Source: Octopus sinensis
Taxonomy: Eukaryota
Direction: 5' to 3'
Assembly: GCF_006345805.1 (NCBI RefSeq)
Contig: NC_043015.1
Coordinates: 42,036,001-42,100,000, forward strand
DNA: 64,000 bases
The notes below the pieces were generated by a model. It saw nothing but the letters and a program-made list of their open reading frames with translations. It was not told the DNA's origin and ran no database searches. Shown here one piece after another: positions 26,161-38,930 of this stretch. Positions within the stretch are counted from its first letter, which is position 1; each line of letters starts with the position of its first letter. The translations under genes and the position numbers were made by a program.

Positions 26161-28870
26161 TGATGATGATGATAATAACAATAATAAAAATAATAATAAT
26201 AATAATGATAATAATAATAATAATTATAATAATAATAATAATGATAATAATACAACCAACAACAACAGTACACTTGCTACTACCACCACCACCAGCACCA
26301 CCATCACCACCACTACTACTACTACTACTTCTACTACTACTATTAATACTAAGACTACCACCACCAACAAGCAGTACCCATGCTGCTACAACTACCACGA
26401 CGAAGTCCACTACTGCCACCGCCACCACCACCGCTATCACCATCACCACCACCACTACCACTACCACCACCACCACTACTACTACCAACAACGGTACCCA
26501 TGTAATACAACTACTACCACCACCACCACAACCACTACCATCACCACCACCACCATTACTACTACTACTACACTACTACTACTACTACTACTACTACAGA
26601 GGCAAGGACAATAATGCATAATTGAGAATGCAAGCATTATCAATAGCCACCACAATAACAATAATAGTAACAACAGCAGGAGTTACAACAACAACAACAA
26701 CAACAACAACAGCGTTACATTTGAAGTAACACCAGCAGCAGCAGCAGCAGCGGCTATAACATGAAGAAGTGCACGAGTAGTAGTAGTAGTAGTAGAGAGA
26801 AAATCGCAAAGCCAAAATAACGACGACGATGACGACGATAAATGGGAGAACATTATTAAATGCAGCGGGAGAAGAAGAAGAGGAGGAGGAGGAGGAGAGA
26901 AAGATAGAAAGGGAAAAAGAAAGAAAAACACCTAAAAAAACAGAGTAGAATGACAATAAGAAGAAGGAAAGGAAAAGAAAACGACATCAACAGTAACAAT
27001 CGTATAATGCTAATAGCCAGATAAGAGGAGGGAGGAGGAGGTGGTGGTGGTGGTTAGGAGGGATGATGAAGGGAGGAGGAGAAGGAAGAGGAGGAGGAGG
27101 AGGAGGAAGGGAAGGAGGAAGCGGAGGAGGAGGAGGATGAGGAGGAAGGGAAGGAGGAAGCGGGGTGGGGGAAGGGAGGAGGGGGAGGAGGGAGGAGGAG
27201 AGGAGGAGGAAGAGAGTAGGAGGGTAGTGAGAAGGAGAAGGGAGGGGAGGAGAAGGGGAAGTGGAGGAGGATACGGAAGATGATGCGGAAGGGATGCGGA
27301 GGATGTGGAGGAGGTGGAAGGGAGAAGGAGGAAAGGGGAGGAAGATGAAGAGGAGGAGAAGAAGAAGAAGAAGAAGAAGAAAAAGAAAAAGAAGAAGAAG
27401 AAGAACAACAACAACAACAAGGTAAAGAGAAAGAGAAGTTGTTGCTGAGGAGGAGGAGGGGAGGAAGAAGAAGAAGAGGAGGAAAAAGAATAAAATTAAG
27501 TAAAATGGCCAAGGAGAAGGCGCAGAATGTGGAAGAGGAGAGGGAAGAAAGAAGGGAGGAAGAATGAAGGAAGAGCCGTGGTAGAAGAGGAAAAGGAGGA
27601 GGAGGTGAAGAAAGGGAAAATGAAATAGAAGTTAACAAAAAAGTTGAAGATAAAGGGATAGAAGAAAAGGAAGGGATGAAGAAGAAGAAGAAGAAGAAGA
27701 CGAAGAAGAAGAAGAAGAAGAAGAAGAAGAAGAAGAAGAAGACGAAGACGAAGAAGAAGAAGAAGAAGAAGAAGAAGAAGACGAAGAAGAAGAAGAAGAA
27801 GAAGCGGAGGAGGAGAAAAAGAAGAAGAACAGGAGTAGGAGGACGAGGGGGGGAGGACAGAAGTCAAAGAAGAAAAGCAAGAAGTAGAACCTCTCTACTC
27901 CTACTACTACAATAACATCCACAATAACAGCAACAGCAACACGAACAGCATCAATACCACCACCACCAGAACAACAACAACAACAACAGCAGCCAACGAA
28001 AGGAACATTGATAAGATACCTTACGAGAGAAACGAGAGAAAATTACACAATTAAGAAGGCAAACTTTTTTTTTCCTCCTCTTCCATTGCGATTACTACTG
28101 CTGCTGCTGATGATGATGATGGTAATGATAATGATGTTGATGATGATGATGATGATGATGATGATATTGTTGTTGTTGGCGTTGGCGCTGCACTGAAAGA
28201 AACTCATACAGCTGTTTAATAAAAAGCGACAAATGTGCGAGATGATTTCGCTGTTGTACTTTAGACGGTTTTCTTTTGTGGACGGAACAATGGGCACAAA
28301 GATGTTATCCTCCTTCTGTAAAAAGGCTATCTTCATACACACAAAAATAACATGGCGTTTTTGTATTTATTTTAGTCGTTCATTTTCTTCTTTTGGTTTT
28401 TTGGTTTTGTTTTGTTTTGTTTTGTTTTGTTTAAAGACAGGCTTCAGGAATCAAATAAAATCTGATTTCGTATGGAGAATGAATGATGAATAAATGAGAA
28501 AGAATCAATGAAAATGAATGAAATGGAATGAAATGGAATGAATGAGAGAATGAGTGGTTTTGAAAGAAAATAAAAGATGGCGGCGGCATCGGCGTGTTTT
28601 TTAGAAGGCGGAGGAGTTTCGGAGGGAAACAACAAGAATAAGATTACAAATAAAAATAAAATAATAATAATAATAATAATAATGATAATAATAATGAGAA
28701 TAATCAAATTAAAAAATAAAAAAAAATACTATATATGATAATAAACAAGTAATAATTTATTTTATTGCCACAGGAGCGACGGATAGTGGTCCAATCGAAG
28801 GACAATAATAATAATAATAATAATAATAACCCATAGTGTGGATGATAATGATGATGATGATGATGATGAT
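24890..28870. repeat. Trinucleotide microsatellite field (CAT, AAT, ACT, ACC, GAG, GAA, AAC) with short unique islands
   Basis: Direct reading; includes a 90-bp internal duplication at about 25190-25400. Confidence 0.9.
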
Positions 28871-29094
28871 TTAATAACAATGTGGTTGTTATTGTCTATA
28901 AAATATAGTAATACTTACAGAGAGAGGAGAAGAGAGAGGAAGGAAAGCGAAAATGGATTCCAAGGACGCATGGACTATTGAAAATGATTGTATATATGCA
29001 TGCATACATACATACATATAATATATACATATGTCTATACATACTCAGATACATATATACACATATATATATAAGTGTATGCATGTGTATATTC

Positions 29095-29329
29095 TTTTGT
29101 TCTTTTATACTTTCACTTGTTTCAGTCATTTGACTGCGGCCATGCTGGAGCACCGCCTTTAGTCGAGCAAATCGACCACAGGACTTATTCTTTCTAAACA
29201 TAGCACTTATCCTATTGGTCTCTTTTGCCAAACTGCTAAGGTACGGGGACGTAAACACACCAGCATCGGTTATCAAGCGATGTTGGTGGGACAAACGCAG
29301 ACATACACACACACACACACACACACACA

Positions 29330-29345
<16 letters not shown>
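29095..29345 (-). mobile_element. SINE family A, 3' half
   Basis: Reverse complement of the family A 3' domain. Confidence 0.9.
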
Positions 29346-29374
<29 letters not shown>

Positions 29375-29377
<3 letters not shown>

Positions 29378-30500
29378 TTGAAATTTACAAGCAGGTATAT
29401 TAGTCTGACGCTCGGGAAGGTGAGAGAGTCTTTTAAGTTTCGAGCCTATGCTCTTCAACAGAAAGGAACACAAGGAAATAAACAGAGAGAGAATAAAACA
29501 ACTTGTGGAGTTAGCGGTCAGTCATGGCGACTGGTTGGACAAAGGTAGTTAGACAGGAGAGCTAGAAAGAAGGGGAGATAACGAAGTACTGGTGATACCA
29601 AAACAAAGGTGCGCATCAGTGTATGTGAACGTGTGTGTGTATGCGTGTGGATAGGTGGTGTGGTGATGTGTGATGTAGTGTGGCGCTGTTGGGTGTAGGG
29701 ATGTGAGGGTTTGGTGTGGGCTTTGTGTGAGAATGTGGGGTGGGGTGGATGGAGGGGTATCAATGAAGAGAGAAGGTGGGTAAGAGTGAAGAGAGGAATT
29801 AGGTGTCAGATGAAGAGGAGAGGAGAGGAGTCAGATGAAGAGGAGATGAGAGTTGAGCCCATTAGGGGAAAAGGAGCGAAGTGAGAAAATTAATCCCTGT
29901 TCACGGCGAAGGCGGGAGTCCGGATGGCCCCTGTGCAAGGACAATCTGAACACAGACAGGTGTTGTAATGAATTACCGGTAGAGCAGAAGCGGCGCGAGA
30001 CCGGAGTGTCACGGCCGAGTCTAATGTCTCAGAGATGCTCCGCGAACCGGTCAGCAAAGCGGCGTCCATTTAGACAGATCTACAGAGAAGGACAGAAAGA
30101 GCAGGAGATGCAGTAATTTACGTTGCTAGAAGGTAAAGGAGTCAGGGATATGATATCGACAATGATGGGTGCCTGTGATGATGGTGGTGTTGGAGAGGTA
30201 GGGGAAAATGCGGCTGCGTGGGCAGGAGCAGGGGAAAGAGCCAGGTTGGGAGGTGGGGTTAGGGAAGAAACTATGGACCAGTAGGTTACGTAAGTTGTGG
30301 GCTCGTTTGAAGGAGGGAAGGGGACGGTTGGGGAATCTGTATGAAGTGGAGGGTTCGGAGTGGAGTCGCCGGAAGGCTCGGAGAATGGTGCGTTGGAAGG
30401 GCAGTGTGGAGGTGCAGAGACAGAGAGAGAGAGAGCAGAGGCACGATCCACGGAACGTGCTCTGGCAAGGGCGGTATGGATAGTGGTGAGGGAATATTTA
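29375..30500 (-). mobile_element. Penelope-like element 3' relic: RT thumb/linker, GIY-YIG endonuclease and pLTR
   Basis: Frameshifted translation ALARARSVDRASAL / FQRTILRAFRRL..PSFKRAHNLRNLLVHS..PGSFPC / SSNVNYCISCSFCPSL*ICLNGRRFADRFAEHL*DIRLGRDTPVSRRF..REQGLIFSLRSFSPNGLN. A degenerate HHR-like motif lies at 29430-29466 and the element ends at (TA)n. Confidence 0.85.
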
Positions 30501-31128
30501 AGAGTAAAAACCAAGCAATCCTACAAAACACCACTGATCTTTGCACACAGACGCACAGAATAACACCAATCAAATAACAACAGCAAAGTGCGCAAGAAAC
30601 GTCAGCGATCTGATTGTCGCCTGTTCTCTTGACAAGAGATGCCAGTTAGTCTTTTACACCTACTAAGCTCGTTTCTGTTAGCCCAAGTTGTTGGATAATT
30701 TTTCGTTCCTTTAAGAATATTGTAGAACGAAAATTTTTCATAGATTGGAATTTAAATCTTAATCTCTATTGAAATTTATTGTTTCAAGAAAACATTGAAT
30801 TTGAATTACTTTTAATTCTTACGATTATAGATAACGACTCGGGCTGAAACTTCTGAGCCCGAGTCAGGCACGTATGAAAGATGTCGAGAGAATGTCTGCT
30901 ACGAATGATATTTTTTGACACAGGGCATCTCTAATACGACTGCCAGACGCTGAACGAAAGAAAAATGATCTGCGACCCGGCTTAATAAAAGGAGCCCGAA
31001 TTACTGGCTGCGAATACGTACTTGAAGTCAGTGTTGGCAGCAATTAAATCAGCTTGCAAATACACGTCCACTTTGCTAAATTTATACTCCGGCTAAGCCC
31101 GAACAGCCCGAGTACCGGGGTCGCCACT

Positions 31129-31218
<90 letters not shown>

Positions 31219-31257
31219 GTATATATATATATAGAGAGAGAGAGAGATACATAGATG

Positions 31258-31343
<86 letters not shown>

Positions 31344-31344
<1 letters not shown>

Positions 31345-31964
31345 TTTTCATATAATAATTAGTGTACATTTAAACGCAAAGAGGCGAGCCTTAACAGGTT
31401 GCCTAACATACTAGAAAGACCAGTCAAAAAGTCCAAAACCACTGTTAAGAGCAATTTCGAAGGGAATGAAAAATTAAAAAACATTTACCATGTTTTACAG
31501 CTGGACCTAAGGTTTCGAACTTTAATTAGAAAATAAAATAATTTGCAAGGCGAAGTTCTCATCAGCGGATACGCCAAAATATTAACATATAAATTAGAGA
31601 CCAAATAGCACATGTCTCATCCTTATGTATTATAATTTTTCAGACCCTCCGCGCAAGCGCAGTTTCAATCGGTAGCAAATAAAAATTCCGATTAAACTTC
31701 AGAAATTGCTAAAATCATTTCTTAAAATTAATATAGGGTAGGAAAAATGATAGAAATTTTTTCTACCAGTGGCCTAGTATGTATACAAAGTCAATAGACA
31801 TATTTTTCATATAAAAATTAGTTTATATTGAAACACAGAAGAGGTGAGACTTAACAGGTCGCCTTACATACTAGAAGGATCAGTCAAAAAGTCCCAAAAG
31901 TCCACAGTTAAGTGTAATTTCGAAGGGAATGAAAAATTTAAATATCTACCATGTTTTACAACCG

Positions 31965-31966
<2 letters not shown>
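31344..31966 (-). mobile_element. Non-coding partial-tandem HHR element (retrozyme/PLE-like), 461-bp period, inserted in (GATA)n
   Basis: 31344-31505 repeats at 31803-31966; HHR at 31499-31570; (GATA)n on both sides. Confidence 0.8.
31499..31570 (-). ncRNA. Type I hammerhead ribozyme
   Basis: ATCCG-CTGATGA-GAACTT(30-nt loop)AAGTTC-GAAAC-CTTAG-GTC/CAGCT. Stem I 3' arm is degenerate here but reads CGGTT in the repeat copy. Confidence 0.75.
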
Positions 31967-32045
<79 letters not shown>

Positions 32046-32830
32046 GTGGAAGGAGAGAGATAGACTTAAGAAAGTGGTAAGCTGACAGATTTAAACCAAT
32101 TTCTAGAGTATTTGGCAGTATCTGTTCCGAGTCACTGCTCTCCGAGTTCGAATCCATTCCAGATCACCTTCGACTTTTATTTGTTCCAGTCGATAAAAAC
32201 TAGTGCCAACCGGAAGCAGTGGATTAGCGGAACAGTTAAAGGTAAAGCTAACAATCAGAACCATTTTTAATCATGCCATGCATCTGCAAACATTATCATA
32301 ATTAGGTCTCGTTCGCTCTTAGTCTTTTAGCATATTTTCGTAGCCATTCGGCCATGCTACACCTAGAATTATGTATAAAACTATTTATGACCAAGAGCTT
32401 TGATAACCGTTGTAGTTCCATACTGTGAATGGAAATCAAGTGTACCGAATCCGTAATTCTATAGATCAGAAGTCAGTCTAAGAGTTCAAGACACAAAAGA
32501 CATAGAATTGCTGCTGTTATTCTTGCTGCTGCTGCTGTTGTTCCTGTTGCTGTTGTCTTCCCTTGTAGGTCACACGTACTGAGAAGAGCATTGTTGCTGT
32601 GAATTTTCTTTCCCTTTTTTCCCTCTTTACTATATTTGTTTACTTTTCTATTTTTTGTTTTTTTATTTTTCCTCTCTCTTTCTTCGCCCTTTTCTCTCTC
32701 ACATGACTCTGTAAATGAACAATCTGGCGTGTTTGTTTTAATGGCCTACCAATGTATTCAGTACTTTTCTCTGCTCTAGGTGTCAGGAAGACACTCTGCA
32801 AGAAATGGAAACAGAATTGAAAGAACATGC

Positions 32831-32881
<51 letters not shown>

Positions 32882-33016
32882 TGATGATGATGATAAAGTG
32901 AAGCTCAAATAGTGTGTGTGTTAGTTATATGTAATTATGGATTTATATATATCTATATCTACCTACACACATTCACACACACATTCACACACATACACAC
33001 ACACACACACACACAT

Positions 33017-33105
<89 letters not shown>

Positions 33106-33122
33106 CAGATAGATAGATAGAT

Positions 33123-33183
<61 letters not shown>

Positions 33184-33206
33184 TGCATATAGCAGAAACA
33201 TATATA

Positions 33207-33440
33207 AGCGGCGAGCTGGCAGAAACGTTAGCACGCTGGGCGACATGCTTAGCGGTATTTCGTCTGCCGGTACATTCTGAGTTCAAATTCCGCCGAGGTC
33301 GACTTCGCCTTTCATCCTTTCAGGGTCGATAAATTAAGTACCAGTTATGCACTGGGGTCGATGTAATCGGCTTAATCCCTTTGTCTGTCCTTGTTTGTCC
33401 CCTCTATGTTTCCCCCTTGTGGGCAATAAAGAAATAAGAA
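33207..33440 (+). mobile_element. SINE family B
   Basis: Full head, Meta-like domain and tail. Confidence 0.9.
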
Positions 33441-33453
33441 ACAAATATATACA

Positions 33454-34338
33454 CGAGGTCTGATCAATAAGTATCCGGACTGTTGCCATACTAATGAAGT
33501 TGAATCACGCAGAGCAAAGCTGCTAGGCAAAGATTGACCTTAAACGCTGCTGTGCATGCGCGCTAAGCTTTAACATTCTAGCTCAATTCTGCAGTTTACA
33601 GCAGCGCATGAATTGTGGGTGTGTAGCGTGTGATCGTCGCATTGACCATGACAGAGAGAGAAAGTTGTCATGGCGATACCTTCTCAGAGGCCCACACAAA
33701 GTTGAAGAAAGTGTATGGAAAAGAGTGTATGAGCCGCACATAAGTGTACGAGTGGTCTACAGATTTCCAAGATGGCCGAAAAAATGTCGATATTGACGAA
33801 AGTTCTGGGAGATCCGCAACCAACAGAACTGAGAAAAACAACGCAGCTGTGAGGGGAAATCGTCGAATTACCATCCATGAATTATCAGATGTACAGATTA
33901 GTTACGGTTCAGTTCAGTCTATTATCACTGAAGATTTGGATATGAGTCACGTGTCAGCGAAGTTTGTGCCAAAACTGCTTTCGGCTGGCCAAAACGACAC
34001 TCGTGTTTCAGTTGCACAAGATCGCCTTGATTGTGTCCAGAACGATGAAAAACCTTGTGAAAGCTTTTCGTAGGCCTCTGAGCAGATATTGCCAAGCCCT
34101 TGACAAAATTTGATGCAGATTCTCTGCTCAACTTTCTCTGTTATGTTCAACACGACGATCACACCGTACATACCTTCTTTCCAAGCACCGCTGTAAACAG
34201 TGCAAGTGAGATTGAACGTTAACACATACTGCGCATGCCCAGCCGAGTTCAAGGTCAATCTGTGCAAAGAGGCTTTACCCTGCGTGCTTTAGCTTCGTTA
34301 CTATGGCAACAGTCCGGATACGTATTGATCGGACCACG
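33454..34338. mobile_element. Non-autonomous mariner built from two inverted 5' ends
   Basis: TIRs CGAGGTCTGATCAATAAGTATCCGGACTGTTGCCATA at both ends with TA flanks. Plus strand gives YEW...FQDGR...SGR...VSAKFVPKLL; minus strand gives EKVEQRICIKFCQGLG. Confidence 0.9.
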
Positions 34339-34412
<74 letters not shown>

Positions 34413-35205
34413 TATATATATATATACACCTACAGGTATTCATATGAATACAATTATAGGAATGTCTATATATGCATATATATATATATATATGTAGATA
34501 TGTGTAGATAAACACACACATATATATATATGCATACATACATATATACACACATAAATTCATATTCATATATACATATTTACGAAATTATTCCAACTAA
34601 CATCCACACGTTGACCCACACGCACATATTTGCAGATACACAAACACACACTCACATACACACACACATGCGTGTGTGTGTGTGTATATGTGTATACATG
34701 TATGCATGTGTGTGTGTGTGTTTGTCCGATTATGTGTTCACTTTTTGATGTGTGTATGCATACGTAAGTCAATATATCCTTCTGTTTACATTCCGTTTCT
34801 TGAAAAGAACAAAAACCGAACAACCGATATCGGCAGCAATGTAAGGACAACAATTAACTGAATGCAAAATTAGCGATGCTTAAACAGAAGAACTGGCAAG
34901 CGACTAATTTGGCGCATCTGGTCTTTTGGAAGACCGATCTGGCAATGGGACAGATCTGTTATGAATAAGTGCAATTAATTCTATAGTTTCTTAAAGACAG
35001 CGTTTGTATTTTCGTTTTCAATTATATTCCAATTTTGTTTCTGTTTAAAATGGCGGCTGACCCTGACGTATGCCGTTTCTGTTTGTTTAGAGACATATCG
35101 AGTAACTGGGTACATTGCACGATTCTGTATGTGTGTGTGTGTGTGTGTGTGTTTTCATTTATATTTATATGCACGTGTGCTGTGTGTGAATGTACGTATA
35201 TGTAG

Positions 35206-35274
<69 letters not shown>

Positions 35275-35441
35275 TAGATAGATAGATATAGATATAGATA
35301 TATAAGCATATAGATATATAAGCATATATTCATATATATATACACAAACACATATATACATATATATATATATATACACACAAATATACGTACGTAACTA
35401 CATATGTAATGTGTATAAATATATATATATATATACATACA

Positions 35442-35486
<45 letters not shown>

Positions 35487-35660
35487 GTATATATACACAC
35501 ACACAAACATGTGTGCGCGCGCGTGTGTGTGTATAGATATACATCAAGTAACTGTATACTTTAAAGGCTACCTTGTAAGACAAGCTCATTTAAACACACT
35601 GACGATATCTATGTATCTATGAAGAAATATAGATAGATAGATAGATAAATAGATATATAT

Positions 35661-36080
35661 AGGCGCAGGAGTGGCTGTGTGGTAAGTAGCTTGTTTACCA
35701 ACCACATGATTCCGGATTCAGTCCCACTGCGTGGCACCTTGGGCAAGTGTCTTCTACTATAGCCTCGGGCCGACCAAAGCCTTGTGAGTGGATTTGGTAG
35801 ACGGAAACTGAAAGAAGCCCGTCGTGTATATGTATATATATATATGCGTGTGTGTGTTTGTGTGTCTGTATTTGTCCCCCTAGCATTGCTTGACAACCGA
35901 TGCTGGTGTGTTTATGTCCCCGTTACTTAGCGGTTCGGCAAAAGAGACCGATAGAATAAGTACTGGGCTTACAAAAGAATAAGTCCCGGGGTCGAGGTGC
36001 TCGATTAAAGGCGGTGCTCCAGCATGGCCGCAGTCAAATGACTGAAACAAGTAAAAGAGTAACAAAAAGAGTAAAAGAGT
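35661..36080 (+). mobile_element. SINE family A, full length
   Basis: All modules present. Confidence 0.92.
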
Positions 36081-36139
36081 ATAGCTATGTATATTTTGAA
36101 GCATACACGCATATATACACCTACACATGAATACAAGCA

Positions 36140-36179
<40 letters not shown>

Positions 36180-36183
<4 letters not shown>

Positions 36184-36340
36184 GAAATTTACAGAAAAAC
36201 AAAAGACGAATACAGGTTTATGAACTTGAAGCAGGTGTATTAGTTTGACACTGGGGAAATTGAGAAAGTGTTTTACATATCGAGCCTACGCTCTTCAGAA
36301 AGGAATAAGAAAAAATATAATAAACAGAGAGATAATAATA
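36180..36340 (-). mobile_element. pLTR remnant of the 29375-30500 PLE family
   Basis: Shares GTTGAAATTTAC...AAGCAGGT.TATTAGT...CGAGCCTA.GCTCTTCA with 29375-29470; abuts (TA)n. Confidence 0.7.
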
Positions 36341-36604
36341 AAAAAACGTATATCAATTCCTGTTGCAAGATTCCTGTTGTGAAATCGTGTGTTGAAACAT
36401 ATATTCTTTTATTTCAGGATGGTCATTTTGTTTTTGACAAATAAATACACGCACTATAAATTTTTTCTTCACCCCTTTATTACTATTCTTATTTTATTAT
36501 TTTAACTCATGCCCCTTTTTCCGGAAATCTTTCGTCGCACATCTGTGACCTCTTCAGCGACATTTTTCGTCTTCGCTTGTATTCTTGCTCCACTTCCTCC
36601 AGAT

Positions 36605-37325
36605 TGGAGGTGTGTAGCGTGTGATCGCCGCATTGACTATAACAGAGAATGTTGTCATGGCGATACCAGCTGATACATCGACGCAAAGTTGCATAAAGTG
36701 TGTGGAGAGGAGTGTATGAGCCTCTCACAAGTGTACGAGTGGTTCAGCCGTTTCCAAAATGGCCAATGATATGTTGATATTGACGAATGTTCTGGGGAAC
36801 CTCCAACTAGCAGAACTGAGAAGAATATCGCAGATGTATGTGCAGCTGTGAGGGGAAATCGTCGAATCACCATCCATGAGTTATCAGAGGATTTGCAGAT
36901 TAGTTACGGTTCAGTTCAGTCCATTATGATGGAAGATTTGGGTAAGAGATGCGTGTCTGCCAAGTTTGTGCCAAAACTGCTTTCAGCTGACCAAAAAGCA
37001 CTCGCGTTTCGGTTTCACAAGATCTTGACTGCATCGAGAACGACGAAAACCTTGTGAAAACCTTTCGTAGGCTTCTGAGCAGGTATTGCCAAGCTTTTGG
37101 CAAAATTTTATGCAAATTCTCTGCTCAACATTATGTATTATGTTCAATGCAATGATCACCCCTACATCGGTACATTGCAAGCATTGCTGTAAACAGCTGA
37201 ATTGAGCTAGAAGTTAAAACTTAGCGCACATGCCCAGCAGAGTTCAAGGTCAATCTGTGCCAAGCGACTTCATTTTGCAAAGCTTTAGCTTCGTCAATAG
37301 TCCGGTACTTATTGACCAGACCTTG
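36605..37325. mobile_element. Second copy of the double-5'-end mariner derivative (left end truncated)
   Basis: Same inversion junction (GAAC/T GACGAAAACCTTGTGAAA) and one degenerate TIR at about 37295-37325. Confidence 0.85.
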
Positions 37326-37935
37326 CATTTATGGCTTTAATGATGTTCCTTCTCTTTAATTTCGTTTGGAGCACCTTCCTAGTTCTCCTCTTGCACTCTT
37401 TAATCACTTTCTCTCCTTGCATTATCCTATGGTCTTGCGGGACTACACTATATTTTTACCCCTCATTACTCCAGCCTTATAATTAGTACTACACATTTAT
37501 ATGTCCCAAACTGCTTTCTAATATCTTTACTGAATAACCTCACTGTTTGGATCAAAGAGTCTAGATCTGTCTTATTTTTCATAGTCAGCTTGAAGTCATC
37601 CATTTAGTCATCCAAAGCCATCTTTTTTCTCTGTCTGTCTGTCTTATCTGCAACATCCCTATGAAATTGACCATACATTCTTTTCTTTACCCACCTATTT
37701 TCAATTTCATTCGTTTTCAATTTCTTGTACAGTGCTTTATCTTTGCAATCTTTCATCTTGTACAAGCCTAACCCTCTTACTTCTAATAATAGCGGTTCTG
37801 TGGCATTTTTTTTACATACCTTGCTATGTTGTTTTCTTCTGCTCTAATGCTGTGTTCGTATCCCCAAAGTCCCCTTTCTCCTCTTTTCCTTTATTATTAT
37901 TATTATTATTACTATTATTATTATTATTATTATTG

Positions 37936-38009
<74 letters not shown>

Positions 38010-38014
38010 TTAAG

Positions 38015-38223
38015 GTGACAAGCTGACAGAATCGTTAGCGTGCCGGACGAAATGGTTAGTCGCATTTCGTTTGCCTTTACCATTTGAGTTCAAATTTCTC
38101 CGAAGTTGAATTTACCTTTCTCCTTTCGGGATCGAAAAAATAAGTACCAGTTGAATACTGGGGCTGATATAATAGACTTTCTTTTCCACCAAAATTGCTG
38201 GAAACGTGCCAAAATTGAAACGC

Positions 38224-38225
<2 letters not shown>
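38015..38225 (+). mobile_element. SINE family B variant
   Basis: Head and Meta-like domain followed by an (ATT)n tail. Confidence 0.75.
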
Positions 38226-38279
<54 letters not shown>

Positions 38280-38886
38280 ATTATTATTATTATTACTATT
38301 ATTATTATTATTATTATACATTTATTTATTTATTAGGCTAATTATTTTATTTTCTTTGTCTTTATTTCAGAAAAAACAAACTACCTAATTATATTACATT
38401 TATGGTTTGATTCTCATTCCGGGTTTTCGTATTCTTTCTTAATTTCGAACAGTTATCATTTCTTCTTTCTTATTTTCTTTGCTTTCTTATATATATTTCT
38501 TTTCATTTTCGAGAACATTCTAGATGGATTAAGGACCTTATTGTTTCCTTATATATTTATTATTTATATCATATTATATTTTTATTTTTGTTTTCACTTT
38601 ACTCCGATTATTTAAACGAATTTATTAAAAATTTTTTCTTTTCATTTTTTTCCCTCTCCTGTAGAGAATTGAATATTTTTCTTTTGTGGTCGTCGTGATG
38701 GTCATGGGGGTAGTGACGATGATCAGGCTTTCAGTATTTTCCAAATATTTTCTTCTATTTCGTCTTCCGTTACTGTTACTACCATTATTGTTATTATTAA
38801 TATTGTCATTATAATTATCATTATTATTATTATTATTATTTTTATTTTTACTATTATTGTTATTATTGTTATTATCATCATCATCA

Positions 38887-38930
<44 letters not shown>

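Noticed and set aside
27010-27922. Poly-Glu/Arg/Lys ORFs
   Set aside because: (GAG)n/(GAA)n microsatellites with no domain, start context or splice evidence.
30080-30514. Pro/Ser-rich 144-aa ORF, and homeodomain-like motifs at 29890-29980, first read as a host exon or enhancer
   Set aside because: Shifting frames gives a clear PLE linker plus GIY-YIG; it is a decayed retroelement.
35065-35095. AAAATGGCGGCTGACCCTGACGTATG: YY1/ATG-like motif and possible first exon
   Set aside because: Too short to support; no CpG island or downstream exons identifiable.
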